Of a stretch of 64,000 nt of DNA, positions 39,481 to 57,857 are shown piece by piece. A model generated the notes under the pieces. The model had not been told where the DNA came from. It ran no database searches and saw only the letters and a list, made by a program, of their open reading frames with translations. Each line of letters starts with the position of its first letter. The stretch's first letter is position 1. Position numbers and translations under genes: made by a program. Origin of the DNA: the human T2T-CHM13v2.0 reference genome, Homo sapiens; assembly GCF_009914755.1 (NCBI RefSeq), contig NC_060925.1; one strand, given 5' to 3'.

Positions 39481-40129
39481 CCAAATGGGATTTGAGAAGG
39501 ATACCTTATATTAATAAACTCTGCCCTGCCAATCACCTTTTTTCCCTCTGTGGTCCCTAAAGTATCCATACATAAATTTGGGGTCATTGCTGGCTATGTG
39601 CAGAGTAAGATGAGGTATGGGCTAGAGGTTCATGGGGTCTCTTTGCTCCTCACTGAGCCCAAACTTGAACCTCAGTGTCTTGCCTCGTGTTGAGCGGCTA
39701 CCAGAAGAACAAGAGAGAGAAGACAGTACATGAGAATATGAATGAGGAAAGAGAAAGAACAGAGCTCAGGCCTCCCCTTCCCCCATGCAGGAGTGGGCTC
39801 AAGACCTAGATGGGAGTGAGAATAAGAACACATCTATATACCTGACTTTTTAACATGCCAGCTCCTCCTCCTAGGGTATGCAGCACACAGTGCTACAGTC
39901 TGATCACTCTGAGGCAAGTCCTCCTCTCTGTAGACTCAGGGTCAGCCGCAATAGACTTCTTCACTAGTCAGCCCTGGTCAAAGCTATAGCCTTCTTTCTT
40001 GTTCTTCATATTTGCTTAAGAACAGGACCCATTTCATCTCTTCCTTGGGTGCTTCCAGCAGAACTGACACACGGACCTCTCCCACCAGCGACTCCTCAGG
40101 TCCGGGGGCTGCTTGGATCATGAGGTCTC

Positions 40130-40491
40130 TATATCAGTCAATTTTCACACCACTGATAAAGACCTACCTGAGACTGGGTAAATTATAAAGAAAAAGAGGT
40201 TTAAGATGTACAGTTCCACGTGGCTGGGGAGGCCTCACAATCATGGTGGAAGGTAAGGAGGAGCAAGTCACATCTTAAATGGATGGCAGCAGACAAAGAG
40301 AGAATGAGAACCAAGCAAAACAGCCTCCCCTTATCAAACTGTCAGATCTCGTGAGACTCAGTCACCACCATAAGAACAGTATGGGGGAAACTGCCCTCAT
40401 GATTCAATTTTCTCCCACCGGGTCCCTCCCACAATACATGGAAATTATGGGAGTACTGAGATTTGGGTGGAGACACAGCTAAACCATGTCA
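40130..40491 (-). mobile_element. THE1 (MaLR) solo LTR
   Basis: ctgataaagacctacctgagactggg...gagatttgggtggagacacagctaaaccatgtca; TSD GTCTC. Confidence 0.92.
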
Positions 40492-42217
40492 GTCTCAGAC
40501 TGTATGCCCTGTGTTGTCTTGTGTTTCCAAAGGGCGTCTGATAGGTTGTAATATTGGGCCTCAATTTCCTTTAAGCTAAGAGAAGGAATAAGATTAGGAT
40601 CTGTAAGATCGTCTTCAACTTCAAAACTCTCTAATTCTGAAAATTGAGGCAGGAATTATACGTGCTTGAATTAGTATTCTCACATATTTGCCCTTACTCA
40701 TCATCCTAAAATTCTGCTATTGTGTGTAGCAAAATGGGCACTTTTCATGGGTTTTCTTCTTTAATAACTTCTTACTACTCCCCTAAATGATCCCTTTTGA
40801 TAGAAGTGTAATCAGGATGTTAATTAATATATTTGCTAGCTATAACATAAGGACATAAAAACAAAGTATTCTCACAAAAAGGAAATGAATTTGTGTAACA
40901 GCCTAGTAAAGGGCATATTTTTGAATTCCTCCTAAGACTACATTAAGCGAATGCTTACCCATAATGAAGCCACTCCAATCAGCTTCTCATTTCTTCTTCA
41001 TTCATTCTGAAGGATTGTTCTTGAGCTGCTGAAAGTGCTATTCACATTATTAATAATTAGAGCTTTTGTCTAGATGCTGGGTCCCCTTTTCAAGTATTCT
41101 GACCATCTGCAGCTCTGTGTACTTACCTGCTAGCCACAGGTAGAACTGATCAAGCATGTGTTCTTTTGAGTGGACAGAGTCCACACCCAGACCTTCAGTG
41201 TGGGAGAAGCACAGTGTTTCCTATACATCAGGCTAACTTCTAAGGTGGTTTATTAATAAGGGACTTGCCCCCAGTATTGACAGTTCATGTCCAATAGTAC
41301 CTTTTCTATAGTTTGTATACTTACAAAGTCAGGGGCTTCTAAAAACTCAAGAATCAAGAGCATTCATCTCAGGAATCACTGTCATCTAAAATCAAGCCTC
41401 TTGATTATCTTCCTATTGGCTTGGGCAATGGGCAGGTAAGTGTCCTCTCCCCTCCGTCATTAAATCCTGCACAGGCTGCCAGTCTAAAGGAAAGCTTGAT
41501 TTGCTGATTATACTGTGGCTTTGAAAGCTGCTTCTGCTCTCTGAAGAATGTGAAAAGGAGGGATAATGAAGTCCCCAGTCACTCTCAACTTAGAGCCATA
41601 TAATTATTTTAAATTGTTTTCATTGTCTGTTCTTCATACCTGTGATGTGGTTTTTCAGATTTCACTCCTAAGATGTCCAGATCTTGATGCAGAGGCATAG
41701 GCAGTAGGAGAGGACGGGCAGGAATGAGTGTTGCCAGGCCATGCATCTGTGTGGCTGTGCAAAGAGCTTAGGATTAGCTCAGACAGCAGAGCAGTAGATA
41801 TGTGGACAGAGTGAGGAGCTCAGGAGCAAAGGTGAGGACAAAGGGGTTGCAGAACCATGAGGATGTGGTTTAAGGGAGGCCATTCTCAGAATAAGTCAAT
41901 ACTCAAAAATAATGAAAAGTAAGAGGTTTTTTTTTAGCTATGGAAGAGCATAAACATGGTCTCCTGCAGAGCCCCACAATACCTACTTGAGCTTCTCCGT
42001 GGACTTCACAGAGAATGGTCTTCAGAGGTATCCAGTTGAAAGACTAGGGTTATTAGTATTCTGAAGGGAAGTTCACAGTGGTTGCTACAGAGTCCCATTC
42101 TCTTCCAAATTTGTTTTGACAGCCAGGAAGCATGTGCATGTTTTAATATGTGTTTCTCGTATGACACTGAGAGGTATGGATAATGAATGGCTTGGAAGAA
42201 TGATCCAGAGATGCTGG

Positions 42218-42745
42218 TGAAGGGGTTCAGAAGATGTTGCTCCAAAATATGCCACTTTGGCATATTATTTTGAGCTAAAAGAAACTGAGAACCAGCCAAC
42301 ATAGGAAATGTTCTTTTACCTTTCCCTCAGCTGCCTAAAATAAAGTATAAATTTTCCCTTTTATAAAGGAAATTTACATTTATGAAGGAAGTGCTCATTA
42401 ATGTTCATTAGTAAAGGCATCTGTAGCAGGAAGAAAGCTACCAAGAGACAGCTTTTATCACCTAAGGGACTTTAATCTGCATACCAAGGCAACCTTTATT
42501 CACCATCCATTTCCTCTTCTCACCTACCCATAATTTGCCTTCACCATCCCTCAGAAGCCCCAAACCCCTATTCTTCTCTGTAGCTCAGATGATACATTAG
42601 TTTCAATCATCTGGCTGCTTCCTCGTGGGATTCCCATGCATCTGTATGTAATTAAAATTATTTTTCCTCTGTTAATCTGTCTTATGTCAATTTGTAGACC
42701 AAAGATCCTGAAGGGTGGAAGGAAGCAATTTTTTTCCCCTCTACA
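42218..42745 (+). mobile_element. MER34-family (ERV1) solo LTR
   Basis: TGaaggggttcagaa...ccaaaatatgccactttggcata...ccctctaCA; 4-bp TSD CTGG. Confidence 0.82.
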
Positions 42746-42804
42746 CTGGAGAATTTGATGCACAGCACAGCAATTTATAACACAGAAGGAAAATCTATAA
42801 AGGT

Positions 42805-43510
<706 letters not shown>

Positions 43511-45651
43511 AGGTAAAACATTCACAGACATAGCAAAGAAGCCAAAATGGGGACCTGGAGGGAACTCATTCTCCGGTTTGGCTTAAGTGAGAAAGGAACT
43601 TTCCATACTAAAAAGTGGACAACAGAAGCAATGCTTTGCTGAATGGTTCATGACAAATTCTGTTAATTGAAAAGTCTTAAGTAACGTTCTTTCTACCTGT
43701 ATGTGTTCATTCAAGATTCCAGCTCATTGACACAAAGTCATTATTTTGATATCATTCATTTAGGGTACAACTTTATTTAAATGCAGTGCAAGTTATTTCT
43801 TTAAAATGTGCTGATTTGTAAAATATTGTGTTGTTAGTAAATAGTTCTCTGCTGTCCCTAAACAGCTAGTAGCGGGCGGGGATCAGGGAGTGGGGAGATT
43901 AAACTGGAGGGAAGAGAGTTGAAGAAAGTAACTGGAGACAGGGCTAAGCTGGGATTCTTCAGGAGGAGTGACAGAAAAGTCATTCTGAGACTGTCAGCTT
44001 AATGCCATAATTGCCTTACATAATTTAATACATAAATGCTGAATAAACACCAATTAAAGCCTTCATGAGAGAGAAGCAGGCTAATCCAAGGATCTTACTT
44101 TGGGCACCTTGACTTGTGCTCATAATTGTCCCCACATTGTTATTATTTTTGCAGCCTCCTCCAAGTAGCTTGTCAGTTCCCCTTGACCAGGGCCTCTTTT
44201 GGTCATGTTCTCTTCCTATTCTATAGCAACTGGCATTTGGTGTTGTCCTGGTAACCATCAACTTCTATGTTTGCATTTCTTATTTGGAGCTTGAAAAGCT
44301 GAGGTTGTAGGTTAGGCTTCCTACATGCTGACCATCTGTGAATCTGGGAAAACTGCCCATGACCTTCTTAAGCAGAGCACATACCTTTGGATACATGCCT
44401 TTAGTGAAAGAGGAGCTCAGGAGAATCTGCAGATGCTCACCCTATATCACTTCCAGGTATGCATCCCCCACAGCCCACAGTCCCAGTCCTTTGTGAAGGC
44501 CATAACAACATTTATGATTATTTCAGATCAGTTGAGTGGGCTTGTCTGTAGGAGGCATAGTCCTCAACGACTTTTACATCTTAACATAGAGCAGCTATTA
44601 ACTGCTGAGATATAGAAGGAAGCAAAGAATTTAGTGAGCCCATTTGAGTTAAAAAAGAAAAAAAAGTAACTGTAAAATTCCTCAATTGTTTTTAGATCTG
44701 TTAACCAGTATCATGTCCTCTGGATTAGCCCAAGTTTGGCATCTGAGCTTTGCTCCCTGATGTCTGATGAAGTGGTCTGGACTCCAGGCTCATAGGCTGC
44801 CAAGGCCTTCAAGTCATGGAGTGGGACCAAGTAATGGTGTAGAAGAGGGGAGAGAAAGAGGCTTGTTAAATCAGGGAATAACTCTGGCCTTTAACACATT
44901 CTAAAGAGAGGAAAGATATCTCTGAGCATCTCATACATTTCTGCCACCAGCATATCTTCTCTACCAGAAATAATGACCACACATGGATATGAATGGAGTG
45001 ATGTCTCTACTGATTTCCTTGGTTCTCCCCATTTGAAGTTGAAATGACCTTACTTAGACTTGGTTCCTGGGAGAATTCTCTAGGGGAGAGGGACAGGAAA
45101 GCTGAAGCTCAAAAATCAAACCTAAACATTTTCTTGTTCACCCAAGAGGTGATACTGATATTCTGGCCAAATCAAACACCTTAGCAAACTTCCCAGGTTT
45201 GAAATCCCCATGTGTCCTCAGGCAAATGAGATTATTGAGATTATTAATCAAAACTAATGTTTTCACAAAGGGAACGAAAGACATACCTGCTGACCTGATG
45301 GTGGCATCACACCAGAACTTGAAATTGAAGCCTGTGGCATTTAACCTGGGTGTCATGTCTTACTTTTTGTCAAATGTAAACTCACTAATAGGAAAAGAGA
45401 CTTTCACTCAAGTGAAAGTTTTCTGCTAAGAAAACCATTCCAAAGTAGAGATTTTTACTTTTCAAGTAGAAAAATATTTCAACTATGAAATTGCAAAAAC
45501 ATTCTTTTACACCAGAAGACAAAAATAACACATTGTAAGGAGCATAGGAAAAAAAATCCATATGGAAAAAGTTGAAACAGCCAATATGTGTTTAAGAGTC
45601 TCCATTATGCAGCCATCTCACATAAACTGTCTGAAGACACCATTTTTGTGA

Positions 45652-45703
45652 GACACACACACACACATAGAGAGTGTGTGTGTGTGTGTGTGTGTCTGTG
45701 TGT
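45652..45703. repeat. (CA)n-(GT)n compound microsatellite
   Basis: acacacacacacacatagagagtgtgtgtgtgtgtgtgtgtctgtgtgt. Confidence 0.85.
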
Positions 45704-46233
45704 CTGCTGGATTGAAAGTGGGAAGAAATGGTGGAGGGGCAGTGATTTATGTGCTGCTAAGTCCTCTGAGACCCTAGTCGGTGTGGTTCAAGCCTGATTC
45801 AAGCCTCTCAAGCTGAGCTTTGCAGGCCCATCACCATCTCTCGGAACTGGCCTCCCACCTCACTCTTGAGCCCTCTCCCTCTGTGCTGTCACAAATGCTG
45901 AGTGAAATTTTTCTAGAAGATAAATAAGTCTCTATCCAGTCATTGCTCTGCCTAACACCCGTGGCTCCCTAGTGCCTTAGGATAAACTGCAAACTCCTAT
46001 GAGGAGCAAGTTCAGAGAGCTGGTGGGAAGGCAGTAGTTACGACTTTGAGCCGTGAAACTGTGCTTCCTGGGTTAGGACCTTGTTCATCTACTTACCAGC
46101 GGAGAACCCTTGGGCAAGTTATTATTTCTTTGGTTTTCAGCTTCTTCATCTGTAAAAGTGGGATAATAGTACAACCTTGACAGTGTTGTTGAGAGCATTA
46201 AATGAGTTCTAACACATACTAAACACCTAATAA

Positions 46234-46678
<445 letters not shown>

Positions 46679-47795
46679 TAGTTCCTATAAGCTACTTTCT
46701 CTGCCTAGAAAGTAATCACACACACGTACCCACCTGCATCCTCTACATCCATCTTCTACATCCTCCCACTAACTCTTTCTTAACCTTCAAAGTTCAGCTT
46801 AGGTCAAGACTCTTTTACTCTGAACAGCCTACCAGATATCACTCTATCTTAGAGGCTCCTGTAGCTCCAGTTCATCTTTCTCTCCTACCATTTATGATAC
46901 AGCACAATAATGGTCTGTTTACTTGTAGTTCTTCTCCCAGTAAACATTCCCTCACTCCCCAAGCCCCATGAAAGAGGGATTGTATCTTGATCATTTCTAT
47001 ATATCTCCTGCCTGTATATTGTGTGCTCATAAATGCTGCATGCATGAGTGGATGGTTAGATGGGGGGAGGCATGGATGAGTGAAGGCACTTTGAGAGATA
47101 CTACCAAAGTAGAATGTGTCTAACGTGGTTGTAATGGTTAGGGGTTTGGAAACCTATTTGATTAAGAAATAGGTCAAATATTTGAGAAATACCCATGCTC
47201 TGTGAAAGAAGTCATGGGTAGGAGAGGGTTTAAAGAGCTGTCTTTGGATATATAAATGGCTAGAGTGTACACTTACTTATTCTGTATTGTTTAACATGGC
47301 AGAACCATGACCAAGACTGGGATGAAAGATACAGGCCAGTCTCAGCTCAAAATAAGGAATATAATTTTAATAAAGGGATTTCATTTTAGTAGCAACTGGC
47401 TAGGTTATAGCAAAACTCTGCACCAAAAGAAAGCTAGACTAAATGATCTCTGAATTCTACTCTGTGCATTAGTTTTTGTCTTCTTCCTGTCAGTGGATGG
47501 GTTCAGATGCCAAATGTCTTATCAGCCTTTCGGGATCTCATTTCTTAGAGGGCTACTGGGCTCCAATTCTTAAATAGTTCCCTTTTCCCTTTTCAGCCTG
47601 TGTACCCTCATTTTTCTACTAATGCCTTCAAAGTTTACAAAATATCAGCAGTTGAAAGGATCAAGTACTTTGATTCTAGTTCAGCCAACCATCTGAATAT
47701 TTGGTTTCCTTTATAACACCCTACACAGTGCTAAGTTTGCAACTTTTAGTCATCCAAGCAGAGACAGTAAAAAAGCAGGGAGATCTATGGGTCTT

Positions 47796-48222
47796 ATGGT
47801 AGTCAAGATTTTCCAGAGAAACAGAATCAATAGGTTGCACTCACATGTATGTATGTGCATGTATATATACATACATATTTATATATATTTATTCATTTTA
47901 AATAATTGGCAAATTCAAACTCTGCAGGGCAGGCTGGCAGACTGAAGAGCCAGGGAAGAGTTGATGTTCTACTTTTGAATCAAAGGTAGTCTGCAGACAG
48001 AATTACTTCCTCTTTGGGGTCCTCGGTCTTTTCTCTTAAGGCCTTCAACTGACTGAATAAGGCCCACCCACATTATGGAGGGTAATCTGCTTTATTCCAG
48101 GTCTACTGATTTAAATGTTCATCATATTTTGAAAATACCTTACCTGCAACATTTATACTGGTGTTTGACCAAACAACTGGTACCATAGACTAGACTAGTT
48201 GACACATAAAATTAATCATCCC
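47796..48222 (-). mobile_element. MLT2 (ERVL) LTR
   Basis: ttttccagagaaacagaatcaatagg...ggccttcaactgactgaataaggcccacccacattatggagggtaatctgc...gttgacacataaaattaatcatc. Confidence 0.85.
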
Positions 48223-48764
48223 AGGTCTGGAGTATGAGAGAGAGGTCAAAGCTAGAAATACAAATTTGGGAGTCTTGAGCATATAGGTAGCACTTAAAAT
48301 GTTGAGACTGGGTGCGGAGGTTGCCAAAATGATCTAGTGACGGGAAACGTCTCAAGGCGGCTCATTTGGTTACAGTCATAATTGAGCTGAAATCCACCTG
48401 AAAACCCTGTTTTCTGGTTCATTACTTACCCATATTAAACTTACCGGTTCCTTGCATCACCACCTCAAATGGTATTCTTTCACATCCCCACCTCAGCCTG
48501 GTTGTTATCATCAGACATGTCTTTCTTTGTCAATCTGTCTTTAAAGTAGGCACTTGAAATTGAGGGTGACCTTCCAGGTGTGGTCTGATGAACACAAGAC
48601 ATGCTCAATTCTTTTGTTCTTCTATTGAAGCAGATAAATATTAGAATTTGGTTGGAGGGAGGTGGGTTAGAATACTGTTGATTCATTGAGCTCACTCTTG
48701 GCTTAAAGGCTAAATCTCAATCTGCTTCTGCAATATCACCTTGTCTCTATCCTACATGTGCAGT

Positions 48765-49765
<1,001 letters not shown>

Positions 49766-50262
49766 CAAGGAGGATATCTATGTAATAGATTATAAACTTT
49801 ATATATAGTATAGAATATTTTATACATCTATAATATATAATACATGCTTAATATATATTTTCCATAAAGATTTTATATAAATTATAATATATTACAAAAT
49901 TTATATAATAGATGACTTCTGGGGAAATACAGCAAAGGTGGCTTAGTGGAAAGGGCACCAGGAATCAGAAGGCCTGAGGGCTGGGCTCAGTTCTGTTGGT
50001 CTTAGTTCTTTAACTTTAGGCGTGTTAAATAGCCTTTTTCAAGCAACATTTTTGACTCATCGGGAAAGTAGAGATTTTAATCCTTTCTTTACTCTCAGTT
50101 ATTGCAAGAATCAATTGAAGTAATAGATATGGATATGGTTTGTTAGCAATAAAGATCCTGTCCTCCCTCCTTCTCCCTCTTTCTCTATGTATGTATAAAT
50201 GTATGTATAGAAGGAATTCCAGATATTTGTTACAACTAATGCCTATTGGACCATTCAGATTA

Positions 50263-50637
<375 letters not shown>

Positions 50638-50719
50638 ATGGAGTAGAAAATATCAGTATTCATGGGTTAGAAAGAGTAAAGTTTTTTTTTTTTTTTTGAA
50701 TCTTTTTAGTTATATACTT

Positions 50720-51160
50720 GCGTTAGTTATCAAATTACTCCCACACTTAGTAGTTTAAAACAATAAGCATTTGTTATTTAGAGGGGTGATGTCAGCCAGG
50801 GCTGCAGTCATCTGAAGGCCTCGCTGGGCTGATCCTCTTCCAGGCCTATGCCTGTGGCTGTTGGCAGGAGGCCTCAGCGTCTCACCACATAGGCCTTTCC
50901 TTAGGGCTACTCATGACATCTTTGCTGGTTTCTACCAGAACACATGACCTAAGACAGAACAAGAGAGTGCCCCCAAGACAGAAGATGCAGTATCAGATCA
51001 AAAGTAAGAGTATCAGATCAAAAGTAATCAACTCTGATTCTCTTCTCTTCTGTTAGTCACATCTAGCGATCCTGTTACTGCATGAGAGGGACTTTACAAG
51101 AGTATAAAGGTTGGGAGGTGGGGATTGTCCAGGGCCATCATGGAGACTGGCCATCACAAC
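50720..51160 (-). mobile_element. MLT1 (MaLR) LTR fragment
   Basis: caaattactcccacacttagtagtttaaaacaataagcattt...tcagccagggctgcagtcatctgaaggc...ggctgttggcaggaggcctcag. Confidence 0.7.
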
Positions 51161-52109
51161 TTCTATAACTGGGTTGAGTTATAAGATACATCTTTAAATG
51201 TGGGTCATGTGAGAAAGTGTTTAAGAAACACTGCTGTACAGTGTCTAATACTGTGCACCATTAGGCAGAGGTGTACATTAGCTAGCAGAAGCCCATTTAG
51301 GAAGCTCTGCTGTTGATGCTCTCTACACCCATGGTTAATTAGCTGTGACTTTAAGATCGTGAATATGAACACCAGTGACTTTTACAGTGAAGCAAGATAA
51401 TGGAAGTCTTACCGGGCTATGGGGGACTGTTTGTCCTTAACTGAATTGAGCCTGTACTAATGTCCTTTCAGAATCCTTCTGTCTGATTTCTGTAGTTCTA
51501 TACCTTTTACCTATCTGGTCATCTGCCAAGTATATCTGCTGGTGGTGGGTTCTCACTTCAAATCTGTGGCCATATTTTATGTACAACTGTGTGGCTTGTT
51601 TCTTATAGAATATGTTACAGGGGTTTGTGATAGCAGTTATACTTTTAGCTGATCTTTCTGCCTGTTTATTCTTCTTATGAGTGTGGTCTGAGTAATGAGC
51701 TTATGGGAAATTCTACCTGGAGATAAATGGGGTATAATTAAACTTTTATATTTTGAGAATAGGGATTATTAGAAACATAAAGGTATGCCCTACTTAAAGG
51801 AATCTTGTAGAATAATTACAGACATGATTTGTGTAATATAATTTGATATATTCCCTGGTGTGAAAACAAATCTGTTTTAGCTCTCCTAGCCAATATTTTT
51901 TGTGTTGACTAGTGTAAATGACTGAAAAATAACAAATTATTTTTGAAGTGCTAATAGATCCTAAGCAGGCTAGAAGTCTCTAGTTAAACAGTTAAAAGAC
52001 CAGTAGAAAACACAACACAAAGTAAAAACATATGGCCTCGGGTTCTTAACTTGAAACTGTGGCAGTTTCAAACTGGAGTCATTTCTTGATATAAAGTGAG
52101 CCCTACTAA

Positions 52110-52653
<544 letters not shown>

Positions 52654-53361
52654 ATAATTTTTTATTTATGTATCAGTTGACCCCCTAAGCTATCAACTTC
52701 TGTGGTCAGGGACTGTCCATCCCTGTACCTGACAGCATTTGGCTCATGGGAGAAGCTCAGTAAATGTAAAGAAATTACATTTTTTATTCTCTTGCATGGA
52801 TTTATGTCCAGAAGAACAAGGTTTGGGGTACAATATGCAAATGATACTACTTTTCTTAGTGTTTCTATTAAATGTAGTAAATTTTAATTTTCCTCGAAGT
52901 ACGTGAAACTTAAAAATTTAAATGTTGAGACAACAGTATGATTCTTATTTCTTGAATTAAGATTGATTTTTAAAAATCTATTAAAAATCCCTGTAGCATT
53001 TTTGGTAACATTCAGTGGGAGAGGAATTTAGTTTTTATAACACAGATAGGGACCACTGGTAGCTTGAGTGAGCAGGTTGAGAACCACTCAGCTAGAGAAC
53101 ACTGAATGCCCCTTTATGTTCTCACCTGTGCATATCCCTGAAGACCTGGCAACATTATCAGTCAGCTTTATGAAGTGACATCTTCTCTGTCCAGAATGCT
53201 GTCTGAGCAATGGGTGGCTACTGAAGGTGTTGTAGGCCTGGCCCACTCACCCGGCTTTAGTATTAATTATAACTAGGAAAAACAAAAGCAACTGTTGGCA
53301 TAGTGGATTATGAAAGGCCAGGCACTCTTTTATATGTATTGCTTCCTTGCCTTGCAGTCTG

Positions 53362-53665
53362 TTTTTTTTTTTCTTTTTTTTTTTTTTGAGACGGAGTCTC
53401 GCTCTGTGGCCATGCTAGAGTCAGTGGTGCGATCTCAGCTCACTGCAACCTCCATCTCCTGGGTTCAAGTGATTCTCCTGCCTCAGCCTCCTGAGTATCT
53501 GGGATTATAGGTGCCCATGACCGTGCCTGGCTAATTTTTGTATTTTTGGTAGAGACCAGGTTTCACCATGTTGGCCAGGATGGTCTCAATCTCTTGACCT
53601 CATGATCTGCCCGCCTCAGCCTCTCAAAGTGCTGGGATTACAGGCATGAACCACCACACCCAGCC
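53362..53665 (-). mobile_element. AluS (Sc-like)
   Basis: Antisense Alu; TSD ccttgcagt(c/t)t. Confidence 0.93.
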
Positions 53666-53945
53666 CTTGCAGTTTATTTTTATTTTTCCTTGCAGCCTCT
53701 GCTGTGCGAATCAGCCTATACCCTGCTTAGTCCTGAGAAGACCATCTGTATCACACTGCCTTGAACCTCAAGCCTCAAGCTGTGACAGAGCCCTGCAGAA
53801 CTCCATCCTCATCCATGTCCCTCTGGTCTCTGCTTCCCATTCCCCACACCTGCCTATGCTGCATTGTGACATTGACAGTTCACAAATTGTGGCTCCTTAA
53901 TTTTTTTCTTCTGGACTTCAGTAAAAATAATTTGATGGAAAGCTA

Positions 53946-54257
<312 letters not shown>

Positions 54258-56698
54258 TTATGGAAGGGAAAATAGCCATATTCACTTAGATTAGCTCAGC
54301 CACTTAAGTGAAAGAGATGCCCAAGGAGACACTTAGACATTTTGCTGGTAATTAGTAAGCCTAGGAGAGGCGGCTGCAAAGAGTAGGAGAGCTTGTTGTT
54401 TTAAAACCCTGAAACTCTACTTATATCTTAGTCAAGTAGGGAATAAATAATCAAATGGGAATTCTTAAAGCTCCAATATATCATGAGCATGAGAATAAAA
54501 CTGAGAAAGGAAAGGACACAAATTAGAATGAGAATGATAATAAAGTCAAATACATTTTCAAAATTTGTAAGTATCATTTTTAGATATAATGACTGTTGTC
54601 TTTTGAGTCCTGGTTATGGCAAAAAGTCTTTTGTTTCAATATAAAAGGAGGGAAAGCCTGTGTACCTCATTCCAGTTAAGCAACTTTTCAAAGCAGTTGG
54701 GTTTGGGTTACCAACAGGGGCAAGGCCAAATGTTCAACTATTCTGAGAGGTGAAACTAGATCCTTGAAGGGATCATGTGATGTCTGCTTTTCAAACCATA
54801 ACGAACAGATTCATCAAACACATGTCATGAATAATCACTTGTTGTGATGATGTATTCACAAACTGCTGAAGGGTAGAATGAGGTTTTAATAAGATGACCG
54901 ATTATAAAAATATACATGCAGGAAGATGCTCAGCTTTTAAGATTGTATTAATAATAGCCTTATATTAGTTTTGTGTTGAATTCTTGTGACCTGCTGGCAC
55001 CTTTTTGGTAAGTATTGACTCATTTAATTACCCAGCTCCCAGAAGTCAACCCTTAGAAGCCTAACCTAATTTCTTTTGTTTCCTGAAGCTCTGGGTATCT
55101 TGGGTGCAGTTTACTCTATAAGCAGATGCTGAATCCGCTGTCTGTACGTAATTTTTGGGGCATCATGGAGAGGAGGTGTAAGTCATATATCCTTGTTCTC
55201 TGTTTGGAGATACTCAGTAGTGTGGTTGTCAAGGGCAACCTGGGCAGAAAGATCAGCAGGGCTCTGTGGTTCCATTAGGGATGTAGACTTCTCTCCTCTT
55301 AATCTTGCTGCTTTTGGTTGCCTTCTGGGCATCATTACTGAAGTGCTACTTGGAAGAAAGAAGAGAACATTTGTCAGCATCTCCTGTGGCCCTGGAGCCA
55401 GCTCCCCTTATCAGTCACCAACTCAAGTGATGTTCTGTGGGGACTGTTGCCAGTTGGCTTCCACAGTGAGGATCCTAAACACTATGGAATTGACATATTA
55501 CCTGGGAAGTACCTCCCACACCAGGCTGTCCAACTTCTTTTTCTGCAAAGCCCAGCTAGAGCATCAGCTCCTCTGGGAAGCCCTTCCTGCGCGCCTCTCC
55601 TGCCCTCCCCCATGCTGGTAAAATGTAAACACCAGCTCAAGACCTCTCACAGCACCTCATGCTTATCTCTTCTTTGGCATTTGTCCCTTTGTTCTGGATT
55701 CATTGCATCACTTATGTTTCCTCCACCAGACTGAATGCTGGAGGACCACACTCTGCTTTGTTCAGTTTTATTTTTCTAGCCTCTAATGCCATGCCTGGCA
55801 CATAGTAGGCACTTTAAATATTCATTAAATGGATTTCTTTGCCATTCTTATTTTGGCCCATAGACTCTGTTGCCCCAACCTCTGCCCTTTGCAGATGCTT
55901 GAAATCTCCTGGCACATCTGTTTCTGTCCTATCTCCTCCCCGTTCTCCCTTTTGCCGCAGCAGCTTTGCCCTGCTTCATCGGTTGCATTGGAGTTTGGGC
56001 AGGAAAATAGAAACCACTCAAGATATTTTGGGTGGCAAGGATTAACTACAGGGAAGTGGAGGCACACAAAACTCATAGAGGGGTGGTGGAGTGGAGGGTT
56101 GGAAGGCTGTTGGAAGCTGCTGCTGCTGATCTTGGCTGCCTGCAGCACCAAAGTGGGGTCTCAAGAGTCCCTCACTGCAGAAGCAGCTAACAAAACCCAT
56201 GTCTGCAATCTGCTGACGTCCACAGTCCTGTCCCCAGCTGCTCCTGGGGAAAAATGGTTTTCTTTCTTTTTTCCCTTCAGTTCTTATGAGAGTGCCTCTC
56301 ATTGGGAGAACTGAATCAGAAGTCAGCTGAAAAGGGAATCTGGAAAGTGCTAGTTTATAGGCATTTCACCTCTGAGGTACAGGCCAGTGCTTAGAAGGAA
56401 GGAATGTCCACACACAAAAACTGGCACATCAAGAACACTGCCTTGCTTCATCCGAGACCTTCTCCCTGAGCTGCCTACCCCCACCCTTTTTTTTTAAACA
56501 AAGCTCTGCCCATCTTATTGGATGCCTTAATTTTGTTAATATGTGGGAACCCTCATCCTTAGTCCTATTCCAGCAATTAGCAACCCCTCTGCCTATATTT
56601 TAGGTCTCCTCTATTCTTCTTCTTTTTTTTTTTTTAAGTGGAATGTTATTATATTTTGCTTATCAGCGGTTCATTGTTTTTAAGAATTAAATCTTTCC

Positions 56699-57014
<316 letters not shown>

Positions 57015-57577
57015 CTAGTCCAGAAATTATAAGCATAATCTTTTGAAAAGTATATCTCATTTAATTTATAGTACATATGTCATTTGAAAATCGCTGAATT
57101 TTTAGTGAGGCAATCTGAGTTTAAGTTAAAATCAGGTCCCTTATTGGCCGCATAATTGTGGGAAAATCATTGAATCATGCATTCATGCATTTACATATTT
57201 ATCAGGCTTGTACTAAGTGCTAAGAGCCAGGCTCTGTTAGGTACCATTGGCTGTTAAATGCCTGTAATATACAATCCCTATTTTCCTTATAGTTTGTTAA
57301 GAAATGTTTGTGATGATGCTTTGTAAATTTAAAGTTCTACTGAAGTACTAATTATTATTTTCTTAATAGACAACAACTTATAAATTCATGTTTAGAATTA
57401 CTTTAACAGAATTTATTGTAGTTATAATAGGTCAGCAAAGTGGTATCATGGTCATATTAAGGCACAACACCTGGAGTGAATCAGCCTCAATTTTTTTTTT
57501 CTTTCTTGCTGTCTATATACTCAAGATTTAATTTAGCTTATACTGTGTACTCAATATACTGTCTATATACTGAAGAT

Positions 57578-57857
57578 ATTTTTTTTTTTTTGAGACGGTC
57601 TCCCTTTGTCACCCAGGCTGGAGTGCAGTGGCACAATCCTGGCCCACTGCAACCTCCTGGGTTCAGGTGATTCTCATGCCTCAGCCTCCCGAGTAGCTAG
57701 GACTACAGGCATGTGCCATGACACCCAGCTAATTTTTGTATTTTTGGTAGAGACAGGGTTTCGCCATGTTGGCCAGGCTGGTCTCGAACTCCTGGCCTAA
57801 AGTGATTTGTCCACTTTGGCCTTCCAAAGTGCTGGGATTACAGGCATGAGCCACTAT
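57578..57857 (-). mobile_element. Alu (S/J)
   Basis: Antisense Alu. Confidence 0.92.

Noticed and set aside
49780-49910. AT-rich low-complexity tract
   Set aside because: Degenerate (TA)-rich simple sequence with no higher-order structure.
55825-56314. 161-aa and overlapping ORFs
   Set aside because: No recognisable domain. The region resembles a decayed ancient LTR, and ORFs of this size arise by chance in 64 kb.
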